Source: Camelus dromedarius
Lineage: Eukaryota
Assembly: GCF_036321535.1 (NCBI RefSeq)
Contig: NC_087437.1
Coordinates: 109,928,001-109,992,000, forward strand
Direction of reading: 5' to 3'
Length of the DNA stretch: 64,000 bases
The notes beneath the pieces are model-generated. The model was not told the origin of the DNA. It saw only the letters and a list, made by a program, of their open reading frames with translations, and searched no databases. Below, in pieces: positions 24,763 through 39,519 of the stretch. Position numbers and translations under genes: made by a program. How positions within the stretch are numbered: the first letter of the stretch is position 1; the number at the start of each line of letters is the position of its first letter.

Positions 24763-27703
24763 GGTGACAGGAGGTGTGAGCTCAGCTGAGTTACACTGAG
24801 GAGACTGAGTTTCAATGTCACGACCTGACCTTCTAGTGTATATATACTCTTAGACCTGGATGCGTCACTGTCCAGATGGATGCCTGCTCCTCCTTGCTCA
24901 CCGTTTTATACAAGCATACTTCTCTAGGTTATTGCTTAAGTCCAATTTATCACGTTTTCACATACTTTATTGTACTTGAATCACTCTGATACACTTGGAA
25001 AGAAACTACTCAGTTCCTTTCCCCAGGAATTTGCTATGATTTGACCTTCAAAATTAGGAGCCCTCACACTTCTAAATATCCTCCCCCTTTTCACTCATGT
25101 GTGCAGTGTGTCCTTGTCCTACCAGCGGGAGTGACATACTTTTCCTTCACGTCCATTAGGTATCAGAAGCATCAGTTTTAGCATTTCAAAATAGCTTGTC
25201 TTTTTCTTCGCAAGCAAATTATAATGTATTTCTCCAAATGTTAACACCATTGATTAGTCTCACTAATCTATCCACTGAAACCTTTACTTTTTTCTATTTG
25301 AATTAATCCGTATAATTCTTGATAGCCATTAATTTAGCTTAATTAAATTGTGGATTCATTGGCAAAGCTCTTATCCTGCCTTCTCTGTGATATGGTTGGC
25401 TTACTCATGTCTTGAGCTCATGATCAGAATTAAGGGGTGCAGACAGCATCCTTGGTGTTCAGGCCAATGGACTTTATTAAAATGAATAGAAGCTTAAAAT
25501 GTTTCCTTAGAGGATGCTCTTTTAGGAAACAATAAATACAACTCGGAGTGAGACTTTGAATAGAAGTGTTTGCTAGACCTGAATCTCTCCATATATTTTC
25601 TGATATGCCTATCTTGTAGCAGGCATTATTCTCTGTTTATGCCCTAAACAAGTTCATAGTTTTTTTGTCTTGTTTTATTCTTTGATGGAAGGACAGAGTC
25701 TTAGTTGCAATTAATTATTTATACTTAAAATTTTAGGAATGGTTAACATTCTCTGAAATAACTAACTTGAAATATTAGAGCTACATGGGTCCTTAAAATC
25801 CTCTGGTCAACCTACACATAAAAAATTGTCTCAGAGAGGTTCAATAGAATTCTTCTAATTGCTCAGTAAGCTAGAAACAAAATTGAAGCCGAACCATGGT
25901 CTCCTTTTGCAGAGTCAAGATTCAAATACTCTGCAAAAATAAAAGCAAATTCAACTTTAAGTTGTCTCAGAATAGAAGCTATTAAGTTTATTTATATGAA
26001 GATATAAATGCCTAATAAAGCCTTATTTACTTCTCCTAAGAATATTTGCATTGAATAGTGCTCACTAGTAGAATTCCATGCATCATTGGCCTTTATACAT
26101 TTAAAGTATATCTTACTTTCTAGCCCAAGAAAGAGAAAAGAACCAGTGCAATCCATACTTAGATTAATGAGGGGAAAAGAAAAGAAAAAGGGCTTTTTTT
26201 GTCTGGTATGTGCCCATTTGTCTTCTTTTGAATCTAACATTTTATTTGGTTTAACTAAGGGAAATGGCATTCACAATTGTCATTGAAGAGAGAGCTCCTT
26301 AACTACCTGAAAATTAAGTTGCTTTATTCCAAAGCACGCTGCTTCAGAGCACTTAGTTACTTTGTTTTATGATTATCTCTCCCATGCAGAATCCAAAATG
26401 TGGCATGCATCACGTGAAGTGCCCTTGTGCAATACTTAAACCGTCACTCTGATTCACTGAAGTAAAATAAGCTATACTTTACGAGCGGATAGCTATTAAA
26501 TTTACTAAAGATGTATGTGCCACCCCCAACACATGGGAATCCTTATAATGCCAGCCCTTAACTCCTTTAGCATGGGTAATACTTTTCTCTTCCTATTAAT
26601 AGTTGATTCTGCTAAAATAAAAAAAAAAAAGATGTTCTAATATGCAGAAGTTCTTGCTTTTCCAGGCCAGCTCCCTGTGTCTGGGTATTAACACTAAAAC
26701 AACTAGGGGATAAGTCATTTCCAATTAACATTCCCCCCAACTCATTCCTAAGTAGCTTAACATTTTTCATTAGAGTCATTGGTGCACTTTGTACAAATGC
26801 TAATGAATAACTCATAAATGCTAATAAATGTGTCCCTCTGAAAGGAAGAAAAAGCAAAGGAAAACTAGAATGGCTTGCACAGTTGAGAAGTGCATCCAGG
26901 AACTAATAAAGTACTCTGTGTGCTCTGTATACACAGGCAGTTTGTTTAAGAGGAAAAAAAAAAAAACCACTATCTGGATAAGTCAGAGGAAAAATGCAAT
27001 ATTGGAAAATCTTTTTTTTTTTTTTTGAGAAATAGAGGAATACGGAAATACCAACATTACATAGAATAAAACAAACATTAGCGTGTCTACCAGCCACAAG
27101 GAGATTATGATCTGAATCACTTGAATAGTGATGGCTTTACCAGGTCACCGTATTAATGCAGCTCAGTCTTAAAGATGATGATCCGTTTTGCAATGTGTTT
27201 TCAGAGTCTTTGACTGTCTTCCAAATTAGGCAAATACTAAGTAACAATAAAAAGAGCAGAAATCCACATGTTCCTACCTACCCCTTTATCCCTTCCTGTT
27301 CACTTTTCTTCTGTGGCCTTAAACCACCTTACCTAGACCTACAGGATCCTCGGATTACCCCTTCCCCAAAGGTTCTCCTTCATAACAGCTATTCTTCACT
27401 AAGATTTTACTTTCCTAATTCTCTCACTCAGCAGATGATCTATCTGTTAAACATTATTGCTAAGAATGAGTTAAAAGACCACTTCTCTGTAAGGAACTTG
27501 AGATAAACCGCTTGGCCCCTCTGCCCTGGCCTCTCTCCCAGGCACATGTGCAAGTCTATCCCGGGCGGCTGCTTTTCCAGAGATCATCCTGCCTCGTTGT
27601 TAGAGATTCTTCTTGAGACTGACACTCCTCTTGTACCACTGCTGCTTTTTCCTGCTTCAAATGGACCCATTTCCAGACTGCATCGTTCATAACTTTTATT
27701 TTA

Positions 27704-27876
27704 TTAATTTTTTTTTCTTCCATTTATTGTGATATAATTGACATACAGCACTGTATAGGGGGTGGGGGTGATTAGGATTTATTTATTTGTTTATTCTCAA
27801 AGGAGGTACTGGGGATTGAACCCAGAACCTTGTGCTTGCTGGGCACGCACTCTACCACTGCACTATCTCCTGCCCC
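27704..27876 (-). mobile_element. Vic-1-like tRNA-SINE fused to an L1 3'-terminal tail, single insertion
   Basis: SINE body 27876-27758 (A box and B box gggttcaatcccc), then tatacagtgctgtatgtcaattatatcacaataaatggaag plus poly(A); perfect 16-bp TSD cataacttttatttta at 27688-27703 and 27877-27892. Confidence 0.8.
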
Positions 27877-28856
27877 CATAACTTTTATTTTAAGTGGAAG
27901 GACCAGTGTAGCTGACTTCTAATGGGTTCTGCTTACAGGCATCTCTGATCGTCTTACACTCAATTTTACCTGTTGAAAAATGAAAACCGTTTTTAAAAGA
28001 TAAAATACAAATATTCCTGCCCTCTTTCAGACATTTATTCAAATCAAATTTTATTGCTTATCTTTATTAAAAGTTTTTATTTTTTTTTAAGAAACCAAAC
28101 ATCTTTTGAATCCTATTAAATGTGATGGCCTCCAGCTGAACAGATGGCTCCAGTTCTTTGACTGCCATTATCTTTTACAGACATGCATGGCCAATGTCCT
28201 ACCTCACTTGCTCTTGGTGCCGCATTTAGCAGTGTGTTACTAAGGTGGTGGAATATGGTGATAGGTTTCACCTCGCATCTGAAGAGAAGATCATTCCCTG
28301 GATGCTGGATGGATCATTTAACCAGTGGAGGCTAGTGGAATTCCTCAATCTTCAGTTGGCTTGTCAGCTGATAAATACTTCTGACTCTTCTAGGAGGACT
28401 GAAAAATACCCAACTCCTTTTCTGTTTTCAAAGCTCACTTCTCAAATCTCCATCTTGAAATTTTTCAAAGATGTGCCTAAGCTGGAAAAAAGTCTTAGCC
28501 AACCAGAAAGGGAGTCCAGTAACATAGTCAACTCTATGCTCTTTCTTGTTTTGTTTGCTTAAGTTCAGCACTGTGGGCAAAACAGAAACAGAGCCTAACT
28601 AGGAACCTACAAAAGAGATGCTAGTGTGTGAAACCATGGATTACAATGTCTGATTTCTTACACTGATAAAGATTCGTTTTAGTATATTATGATGGAAACA
28701 ACATTGAATTACAGCCACTTACTTTTGGCTATTTCATATCTGATCAAAGGTATGACTAGATGGCAGCTAAAGGTCCTGATAATTGCAAAATTCTCTGACC
28801 CCAAGGTAAAATTCATATTCCAATAATTCAGTCTCCATGAGTTTTCAAATGACTAC

Positions 28857-29010
28857 ATTTTTATTTACTTTTGCTTGTTTTTTAATTAAAGAAAGTATAG
28901 TTGATTTACAATGTTATATTAGTTTCAGTGGTACAACTTAATGATTTAATATTTTTATAGATGATATTCTATTTAAAGTAATTATAAAATATTGGTTATA
29001 TTCCTGTTCC
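28857..29010 (-). mobile_element. Short L1 3' end fragment
   Basis: aagtatagttgatttacaatgttatattagtttcag...ttataaaatattggttatattcc. Confidence 0.7.
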
Positions 29011-29141
29011 TTGACTGCTTGTGAAGGAAGTTACATTCCGTCCCTAGTGAAGTTCAAACAAGATTCAAGAAGCACATGGTTAATTTGGTTAGAGAGGATA
29101 CTGACAACAAACATTAAAGAAATCATCTATTTCTTGGAGAG

Positions 29142-29683
29142 TGTATTGGAGTTCTCCAGAGAAACAGAAACATACATGTGATGAATGTATATAATGGATA
29201 TGTGAGTGTATATATACACAGATAAAATGTATATCTTTATACAAGATATGTATATACACACACACACACATTTATATATAACGTGTAGGTATATCTTGAG
29301 TGTGTGTTTATACAGAGACAGAGAGAGATTTATTCTTAAAAACTGGCTTATGTGACTGAGTCTGAAATCTACAGAACAGACCAACAGGCTAGAAATTCAG
29401 CGTGATGAGGCAGTCTTAAGTCAATCCTATAAAACGGCTGGCTGGAACCTCAGGCAGGGTTTCTATGTTGAAGCCTGAAAAATTTCTTCTTCAAGAAATG
29501 TCACTCTTTGCTTTTAAGGCCTCTAACTGATTGGATGAAACTCACCCACATTATGGAAGGTGATTTGCTTTACTCCGAATCTACTGATTTATATGCTAAT
29601 TACAACAACATCTGGATTGGTGTTTGACAAACAACTGGAAATCATGGCTGAGCCAAGTGGAAACACTAAAGTTAATCATTACA
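29142..29683. mobile_element. MLT2 (ERVL) solo LTR
   Basis: tgtattggagttctccagagaaacagaa...gagatttattcttaaaaactggctta...ctgattggatgaaactcacccacattatggaagg...aagttaatcattaca; TG...CA termini. Confidence 0.8.
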
Positions 29684-30696
29684 GATGGTTACCAAGGCAT
29701 TAAACAATATCTGCAAATCAGGTATCACCAGGCGTTAAACAGTGTTAGCAAACAATGCCTTCATCAGAAAATCGTGATTATTTGTCACTCTACTATGTTC
29801 TCCTTTTGTTGGTTTAGTATTTGTTTCCATAATATTGATGATATAGAATTTTTGGAAATCTCAGTATCTTTGAGTCACCTGCATCAAGTCATGTTTAATG
29901 TCACAAGCTTTAAAACCTCAACAGCACTTACAGAGAAAAAAAATTAAGAGGCTCTTGGCACAAGTGTTTTGCAAAAGTAAAGCACCATATGGGAAAGACA
30001 TCCATCTTATTTACAAATACAAGAGGGAATGTTTTAAAATATTCACAAACCAGTGCTATTCAATATAAACTAAATCTATATATACTCTAAACCTCATCAT
30101 AATGTCTTTACTTACCAAAAAGTACAAATTAATTTCCCATAATACTGAAATGTTTATTATAATAGTTTAAGAACTCTAGACTTTGAAATATGAAAGCTAT
30201 GAATCTTTGTTACATAGGAAGACATATTTGTTAAGATGTGCTTGTTCACTTAAAGTTGTAAACTATATTTGCCATTTGCCGTAGAATGTGAATTTTCCCT
30301 CGCTATGCTTGTGATTATTCAGATCTAAACTATGACATCACTGGATTAGCTATCATTCCCTCACTTCAGCAGGTGAGAGTCCTGGAGACTTCTTTGAAAC
30401 TAAAAACATACAGGAAAGTATTCCTAGTTCTTTTTTTAAAAGCAGGTAAAATAGATTAGACAGTCTAATGACTAATTATTGAACGCAACGTAGAACCTCA
30501 ATTTTCTCTCTTAATAAAATAACAATAGTGAAAAACACGCAACAAGCATTTTACATGGGCCAGACATTGCGCTAAGCATTACACATGGGGAATAAGTTCT
30601 CCTATTTGATTCACAGTAGTTCTGTAATAATTTATATCCTCTTACAGATGAGCAGAGACTACATATCATCTTAGCTTTATCTGAGTCTACACTCTT

Positions 30697-31142
30697 TTTA
30701 TTTTTTAATTTTTAGTTTTTTTATTTTTTGTGTATATATATTTTTTATTGAAGTATAGTCAGTTTACAATGCGTCAGTTTCTGGTATACAGCCTAATGCT
30801 TCAGTCATAGATGAACATACATATATTCATTTTCATACTCTTTTATACCATAAGTTAGCACAAGATATTGAATATAAGCCAGAAGGAGAAAGAAAAATAC
30901 CATATGATATCACTTATATGTGGAATCCAAAAAAAAAAAAAGCCAAATGAACTTATGTACAAAACAGAAACAGACTCACAGACATAGAAAATAAACTTAT
31001 GGTTACCAGGAGGGAAGGGGTGGGAAAGGATGAATTGGGAGTTCAAGATTTGCAGATACTAATAGATATAAAACAGATTTAAAAGAAAGTTCATACTGTA
31101 TAGCACAGGGAACTATATTCAATATCTTGTAGTAACTTATGT
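30697..31142 (-). mobile_element. L1 3' fragment with 5' inversion (twin priming)
   Basis: 30697-30876 is an L1 3' end on the minus strand and 30877-31141 is upstream L1 3' UTR on the plus strand; degenerate TSD tgagtctacactctt (30682-30696) / tgaatctacatcctt (31143-31157). Confidence 0.8.
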
Positions 31143-33464
31143 TGAATCTACATCCTTAATCGTACTGCTTCAGTAATAAGAAAGATGGATAAGATGGCTG
31201 AGAGTGTAGAGAGTAAAAGATTAGAGGAAGGATAAACAATGAAGAAATATTAGAAGAACAAAGGGAGAAATTTTGGAATAATTAGGGTTGGAGTGTGCTC
31301 AGGACCTACTTTTGGTTCCAGTTATCCAATTCTGTTGAAACTAAACTTTAATTAGACTGTTACCTGTGTATGATTGAACCAAATCAGAAAAATCCATACC
31401 TAAAATCTACTACAAATTCATGACCCCCTAGGCTTCCATGATACCAAAAATGTTCTACATTACTTAAAAGAAAAAAACAAAATCTTCCATCCTGATTCTC
31501 TACCATTTTACAAATCCTTGAATCCTTCCTTAATAACTTCCTCTTCTTTTGATTCAACTGAACTCCAAAGAGTTGAACTTCAGATCCATCTCAAGTAACA
31601 GTTCTCATGAAGGCTTTCTAGCTTTTCTGACAAGATTCCCTTGGTTCAAATATAGTTGTCAACTTCACACTATTTTGAGTCAACCCTGAAAATTATTTTA
31701 ATTTCTAATTTGCATGCCATGCAAAAAATGCTTTATAAACATACAAAGTCATAAAGAAGCAAGTTCAGGACTCCTAATTGTCAAAAGCAAGGTCATATAG
31801 GAGAGGCCATAGACACAAACACTAAGAAGTTGAGAAAATTTAGTTCAAAAAGTATTTTTAGGTAAAGAGAGATCAAAGAAAAGGATTTGGAATAGCACAG
31901 AAGTTAGATGGGAAAGAAAGAAAGTAGAAGGTGCAGTATGTATCAAACAACAACAAAAGCAACCGTATGCCAGGAATTTTACATCGACAAACTAATTCAA
32001 TTAATTTAACAAACAAGAAATGCATGTCATTATCATTCTCATTTTCCAGATGTAGAAGCAGAGACAAAAAAAAAAATTTAGCAACTTATGTAAGGGCACT
32101 TTTATAAGTAATGGAATTAAGATTCAAGTTCAGGTTTGTTTTACTCTAAAATTAGTCTTTTCATTTACTCATTCATTCTATTCATTTCTTATGAGTTTCT
32201 TACACAGAATGGGTATTTTATTCATTGTGAGCAGATGAGTTGATCCAGAGATAACATAAACAAATGAATGTTTAATGAATAACATCTGAATTATTAGTAT
32301 CAAATCCATTTCCAAATTCTCCCAAATTCTGACTCTGTCAGGAGCTAGAAATAGATTTCTGGATGACAAGAACTGTATTCTGACCTTACGTTGAATTTGG
32401 ATTCTGCTTCTTTGAGATAACACTTAGGTCTTAAATGGAACAGCTAGCACAAAAGAAAGATCTTTTCTCAGCACATTTCTCAAGTTGTACTCATTGCTTT
32501 ATCTCTCAAGGGATGGGGAGAAACTATTTATTGTTTGGACTTTAAAAAAAAATCTTGCTTGGGGCTCCAAGTTTTGATAGAAACCAAGAATGGAAAAAAG
32601 AAAAAAAAAAAAAGAGAGAGAGATAATGGAGAATCTAACTATAACAATGATTTCAATATCTGGGGCACCTGGCTTGCATATCCTCCAGAAATTCTATATC
32701 TCACAGCTACATGGTATTCTTTGGGGGAAGCAGGATCAATGTATTTTCACGCCAAAGAAAACTGACTAAAGACACACAGAACACACTAAAATAAATACAG
32801 GCACTTGAACCTGATTTTTGTGCTAAGTTAAGCAAACCATGGTAAAATAAGCTGAAATCTTTCTATTCCTTTGTGACATCCTAGAAAGAGATGATCCAGA
32901 AAGTAGGAAAAATAAAATGTGTTCTGAGAAAGGGAGAGGAAGAGAAGGGGAGAGGTGGGAGGGAAGAGAGAGAGAGAGAGAAAGAGGATTTCAGAAGTAA
33001 CAATTTGCAGATTTCTTGTAGTAGCATTGCTTGTTGGTGAATTAAAAAGCTTTTGTTAGTGATAAATGATGGCTTTGAAGGTCTAATTTCTTGGAAATTG
33101 ACAGGCAGCTCCTGAGTTAGGAGACGTGAAATTTCCTTAGTAATCAAGTGCTTTAAAATTAGTTGTTTGAGAGCTTAGAAATGTGTCATGCTGACTTGTA
33201 GACCTCTGAACACAGATTGTTGAGAATAAAATGAACTGACCTCTCCTGGAGAAAACAGTAGGACTGTCAAGGAAGCCACATTCATCACTAGTGGTAGGAA
33301 ACATCCCAGATCCACAGCCCCAAGCTCACAGTCTCATCTTCTGGATAGACAAATGAGGAAGGCACTCCTAAGTGGGCACAGGATGGCTGGAAGTTTTCCT
33401 GGTGGCCAGAAGAAACTTGGTAGACACTGGGCATAGGGAGTCACTCAGTTCTTGAGAAACAAGG

Positions 33465-33610
33465 ACCCCCACCTCTTTTGACAATAATGACCTCACTATA
33501 ACTTGATTATGTCTCTAAAGACTTTATTTTTACAATACAGCCATATTATGAGGTATTGAAGTTAATACTTCAACCTATGAATTTTGGAGGGCACAGTTCA
33601 AGTCATAAGC
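33465..33610. mobile_element. MaLR (MLT1) LTR end fragment
   Basis: tgacctcactataacttgattatgtctctaaagac...gaggtattgaagttaatacttcaacctatgaattttggagggcacagttcaagtcataa. Confidence 0.6.
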
Positions 33611-35084
33611 AGAGACAAGTAGTCATTAAAAGTAGAAAAAGAGGCATTGTACAAAGTTGATCAGCTATAGTTTCCCAGTTTCAGCTTTCTTTGGGTTTAG
33701 TGAGGAATTGGAGTGAATTTTCCCCTTTATAAAGACATCATCAGGGGTGGTATACAAAGAAAACATCCTGGTAAAGTCCTCTGGGGTCTTACTAATCAGT
33801 TATCTAATTAAAATAAAATTAATTTTCCCCTGCAGAGACATGGCTGAATATGTTTTATTCATTTCCTTAAGAGACACGGATCATTCCTTTCTCATTTATA
33901 GAATGAAGGTGGCTGTTTTCACGGCCAGTAATGCAATAATCACCATGCAACACAGCAGGGCCCCCTGCCACCTCCCACTCTCTGCCATCTCACATTGACA
34001 AGATACCTTGCTCTTTTGTTTCTGTTTCCTGAGGTGCCAGGCAGCAAAATCTCAGTTCATGAAGCAATAATCACATATTTTCAACTGTCAAACTGTAAAA
34101 ATAATCAAGTCAATACTGAGTGCCTGTATTCATCTTTTTAATAAATGCTACTGAAAGTCCTCTGCAAACCAGACACTGAGAAAAGGACATTATCCTTCTC
34201 ATCTAGGTCCTTCCAGTCTGGTGGATTAAGATGTGATGTACAAAGCTGAAGATTCCTAAAGCACCCTGCAGGAAACAGATTAATGCTGTGGAAGTCAGAT
34301 GTGGACGGTCATGAGCACAGGTTCACCAGGGTCCCAGCTGCAAATCATCTTGAAACTGTTTACTTTCAGGAATAACCCATGAAAAAGGCATTCCTGCACT
34401 GAGGTTTCAACATTTAAAATGGGAGCTGGAAATTTTTCATTCAATGATTTCCAATCTAAAATTAAACCAAATAGCAATACAGCTAATTGCATTTCAAGCA
34501 TTTTAAGAGAAATGAGCAGAAATGTTTAACTACTCTTGAAAATAAACACAGAGAAGCATCCATTTTCCTCCATCCATGAAACAAATAGAAATATTTCCTT
34601 GAGAGTGTCACCAGTTCAGAAAGCTAAGCCAAGATGGATGGCAAATGAAATAGAAAGGGGAGAAAAGAGAGAATGGGGAGGAGAAAAAGGAGAAATTAAG
34701 AGATGGATGGAAATGAGAGAGAAAGGGAAGTTAGAGAAGGAAAGATAAAAGAAGAGACAGAGCACGTGAGCACAACAGGAAGCCATTCAGTTAGGAAGTC
34801 ATTCATCACTGGCTTCGAGCTGCTGACTAGTCCCGTAAAGGTTTAAAGCAGTGCTTTCTCCACAGGATTGTAGCTGTCATGCTGTTATTTTTAATCAACG
34901 GTATTCTTTGAAATTCCAAGTTTCTCATTTAATCAGAAACATTTTACTCTTTTGCCAAAGAATGGCTCAGACGATAAAAATGTACTTAAGAGTTTTATAG
35001 CTGGGATTCTTAAATTTGATTCCTCAGCACCACATGGGAAGTGTTTTATTTATTTGAGCAGAGATTTACATATATTCCTTCCTA

Positions 35085-35275
35085 ATTGCCAGGCCATGCT
35101 CTGGATATTTTGCACGCATTTCCTCCTTTAATGCCCATAGTAATCCAACGAAGGAGGTACTATTATTCCCACGTCGCAGATGAGAAAAGCTGGGCAAGAA
35201 GTGCTCGGGTCAATGGCACAAATAACCGTGCTGAAAAAGCAGGGCCAGAGTCTGCATCCCAGGGTTCTGACAGCA
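35085..35275 (-). mobile_element. MIR SINE
   Basis: tgccaggccatgctctgg...aggaggtactattattcccacgtcgcagatgagaaaagctggg MIR core. Confidence 0.6.
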
Positions 35276-38200
35276 GAGTGTGCTTTATTGTCTGCCTTAC
35301 GTTGTTCCTTAATGGCAGTGGAGGTTCCCTCCCCAGAGCAACTCGTTGTGCTGGTGGGACTCTGAGATCTATGTTTTAATTCACTAGAGTTCAAAATCTT
35401 GAGTGATGAAACATACCCCATTCCACAGTGCCCTGAGATTACCTTATGTGTTCGTCTTAAATTCCAAGTCTTTAAAAATCAATCAAATCCTGGTATGAAG
35501 ATAAGTTTAAAAGTCAATATCGAGAAAGATCACAGGACAGAAAGAAGGAACCCTGTGCCTAACAGTTTCCTGGGAATAAATGGGCTGAACTAAGGTTGCA
35601 GCCCTCTAACCACTCTTATCAAGACCTTAGTCTACTCTGACACCAGCAAATGTTGCCAGAACCAAATTTTAGCGTCATAGAATTTGAACAATGAAATGGT
35701 ATAATGAATAAACTGAGTTAAACAATTTACACCTCAAGTTAAGCAAGAAAACCAAAACCAAAACCCTAGATTAAAAGTTTCCCAGGTGTCAGAGCTCTCT
35801 CCAGTTGTCTCCAACAGACATTGGGATCTCATTGCCTCTGCCATGTCTGTGCCTCCAACCATCCACCCACTGCCATGTTCAACCAACTGAGCACAATAAA
35901 ACAAGTTCACTCCAGAGATAACTGGGCTCCATTCCAGTCTAGAGCTCCTGCCTAATTACAAGGGTGAACAAGCCCAGGAAACAAAGAAACCTCAAGTATC
36001 CTCTATTTTGAAGCCTCTGAAAATCCAGAAGCACCTTGGAATAAACTCTTCCTCTTTAGCATCCTTTGTTCTGCTCTCCCCTCCATGTAGTCCTTATGCT
36101 TATCCACCCCCAACCTGCCTACCCCCACCTCTGGAGATGAAGATCAAGGAGCAGAAAACTCACTCAACCCTAGGTTACCTTCCAGTGGTTAGATGAACAA
36201 ATGCAGAGAGAATGCAAAGCTGCCTTCTGTGAAGCTACTCACCATGCCTTCAACCAGCAGAGATTTTGGGTAAAGAGAAATGAGGCAGGGGATGGTGACA
36301 CCCCAAGATCAGCAAGAGTCCAAACCTTTACAAAGCAGCAGGAGAGGAAAAGTGCTCACACACACGTCTCCTTCTTGTTCTCTTTCCCCCATCTCACTGC
36401 TTCCCACTAGTCCAAAACTTGATACCAGCTGATAAATCCAAGCCCATGGGTCTTACCCAACCCATAACTTCTAGTGGAAAAACTTCCAAATCTGCTAATA
36501 GATATTGTCAACCCTCACTCAGCTACCCAGTCAAAGAAAGAACAAACAAAAAGGAGCTAATATTCACAGAGCCTCTTACACTCTTTATTTCATTTAAGAT
36601 ATCTGCTGTCTAACTTCTCATTACAGTCAATAGACATATATTCATGGAATGCCTACTATATGCCAAAGATTGCTTTAGTCTCACTCATATATTCACATGC
36701 CATTCATATGACTTTTAACTAAAACATCCTTTTTATTCTGCCTCCCAATTGTAGCTATCATAGTCCGTCAAAACTGCTGTTCTTCTTGTCCGTATTTATA
36801 GTGAATCATTAGTAGTCACCATGAGGCCATCACGGTGTCACTGGGTAGTGACAGGCAGCCTTTGTTTAATCCCTAAGATGCTGCATCTTGCAGGATGGAT
36901 ATTAATGCTACCAAATCCATCTTCAACATTCCCAAATACAGCATCTGTCACAGCTATTATATTTGTGCAGTGGCAAGAAGAAGGGGTACAGCATATTATT
37001 AGCAGGAACTGCCCATTACAATAGAATGATGATGTTATAAACAGAAAACAGATTTCCTTTTCGCTCTTTTTAATGTTATGCTTTGTATTCTTGGAAAGAC
37101 AATTCCTGTACAAAAGTGGTTGCACTTGTCATGCATGTAGTATGATTTTAGATGTCTATGAGCATCTTTTATGGCCTCCTGGCTAGATGTTAAACCTTTA
37201 ACTTAACAATGATAGTACAGTCAAATCACACGTGGAGCAACCTGGAAAGGAATCAATCACCTGGGCTTTTTAAAAATTATGAATTTATTTTTAGGTTGGT
37301 TCATGGACATTACTGATTTAAGTCTTTGCCCAGTATATAAAAACCAACTCAAATTCTTCTGGCATATAGAGCATTTTAAATCAGAGGATCACAGAAGTGA
37401 GGTGGTCCAGTTGAGTTGTAATTTGTCTCATAACTGATGTTTTATATTCTAATTCATCAACACAGATGCATGATATTTTCCTATTAAATGTGGAAGACTA
37501 TCCTTCAAGTACACAGGGGAATTTGTTCTCACAAATTGCCTTAAACTCCAAAGTCTATCACTCACTGCTCTGTTGATGATAGAGACATTAACTAGCACAA
37601 CAAAACAGTAGTGCAGGCTTGCTGACTACTGGTGACTGAAATTAAGGAGTGGTTGGAGTGGTTGGGAGTTAGAGGAAGCACACCCTGGAGGCATGGAGCA
37701 GCTTGTATCCAGTTCCAAGCAACAGCAAGCAAAACAGCCCGGTGTCACCAGATTTTCAGAAATTTTGAAAGGCACAAATCCACATTTTATGTGAATTCTT
37801 TTGATTTTCAAATATTAGCAACTAATCTGGAGTTTAATAAAAATCCTATGGAGACCTGTAGTTTGCAATAAACAAACCTATGTGGGCTGGATTTGATAGA
37901 GAAGCTGAGATTTTGTGATCTATTATTTCAACAGCTATCACTGATGACCACATTGATGTCAGGAGGGTTAGAGAGGTCATTGCAGCTTGGCAGGACAGCC
38001 AGAAGGATCTGTCACTATAGACACATTTTGCTGACTTCATTATTTTTATAAAGACGGGTCCTGCCTTGAGTCGGCCATAAGCCACTCTTGTGATAAGGCA
38101 ACTATTTTCAAGAAATTGTTTGGAAAACAGAGATTTCAGAAAGGTGTGGCCTTCACAGCATTGCATGGACTAGGACTTTTATCCCGGTGGCTGGGAGCCC

Positions 38201-39519
38201 ATAGGAAAAAAATTTAGAATTTTTAAAGATCGTGAGATTAAGTTTTTGTTTAAAATCTAATAAACTTATCATACAGCAAAATTTGAGATGAATGAAGCAG
38301 AACTAGCATTTTTTGTTTCTTTTGCCTGATATATCTTTTACTTTTCCCTTTTCTGTTTCCTTATATTTAAGAAGAACTATTTTAAATAGAAAATAGTTTT
38401 GATTTTCAGTCTAGTCTGAAATTCTGAGTCTTTTTTATGGATGATTTTGTCGTGTTTGATTTAATTGTTGGTAAGTCAGATTCTACTTACATATTTACTA
38501 TTTTGTTGCTATTTGATGCATCTTTTATGGTCCTTTTTGTCCCCTTTCATGCTTTAGAAGGGGGTAAGAAAATGGTTTAATGCTATAATTTTACTTTTTC
38601 AATATATTTTCTAAGCTTTTAATTTTTAAGCAATTTCTTGAGATTTTAACAATCATCCTTAATTACTGTTTACTCCTACCTATATACTGAGACTCATTTT
38701 ATTAGTATTGTGCACAATGAGTATTTAGACAAAATTTACTTATATTTCAGTCCTCTTTTTCCCCTCCTGCAATTCCAAGTTCCCCTCTGAGATTATTGCT
38801 TTTTTTTAAACTGGAGAAAATGCTTCAGTTTTCATTTTAGTTCAGATTTGCCTGAAATGGAAATCTCTATAAAAAGAAGATATTTGGATATTTAACAGTG
38901 GAAAAATAATCTTAAAGAAGTAAAGTAGGGGAAAAGTATGTTTTGCTGTGAAAAAGAAAACTATATGAAAGAATCTGAAGGTAAAAATATCCGAAGGTAC
39001 TGCTTGATTGGAGTTGTTCCAGAAGAGCAAGCTCTATAGAACATTTTAAATATAGGTGACAAAAAGAACAATGTAGATATGAAAAATCATAAACGACACT
39101 GATACTGAATATTTTAACTTAAATTACACAGAGATGGAAAACCCCATAAAGTCACTACTTATATCCTCTTGCCTCTAAAAGACTCCTCTTTGAGTCTTTT
39201 CACATATGCTCAAAGTGGTGTACCCTGAGTCTCTGTTAGACGTCCTTTGTCATTTTGCCTCCAAACACTTGTCCTGGTTCTCTCTGTGATCCACCATATT
39301 TCTTGTTCAATTTATCTGACCTATCTTCCCCTTTCCAAAGAATTTGAGAAGATACTGTGTAATAAAATATATAAAAATTATTTTATAAATTTAGGGAAAG
39401 AAGATCATTGGTGACAAATAGGATGTCTCTGTTCCACTGACAAAGAAAAAATTTACTTTGTCTTAATCCCTGCTCTTACAATTAAGCACCAATCACCAGC
39501 CAAAATATAGAGTCAAATG

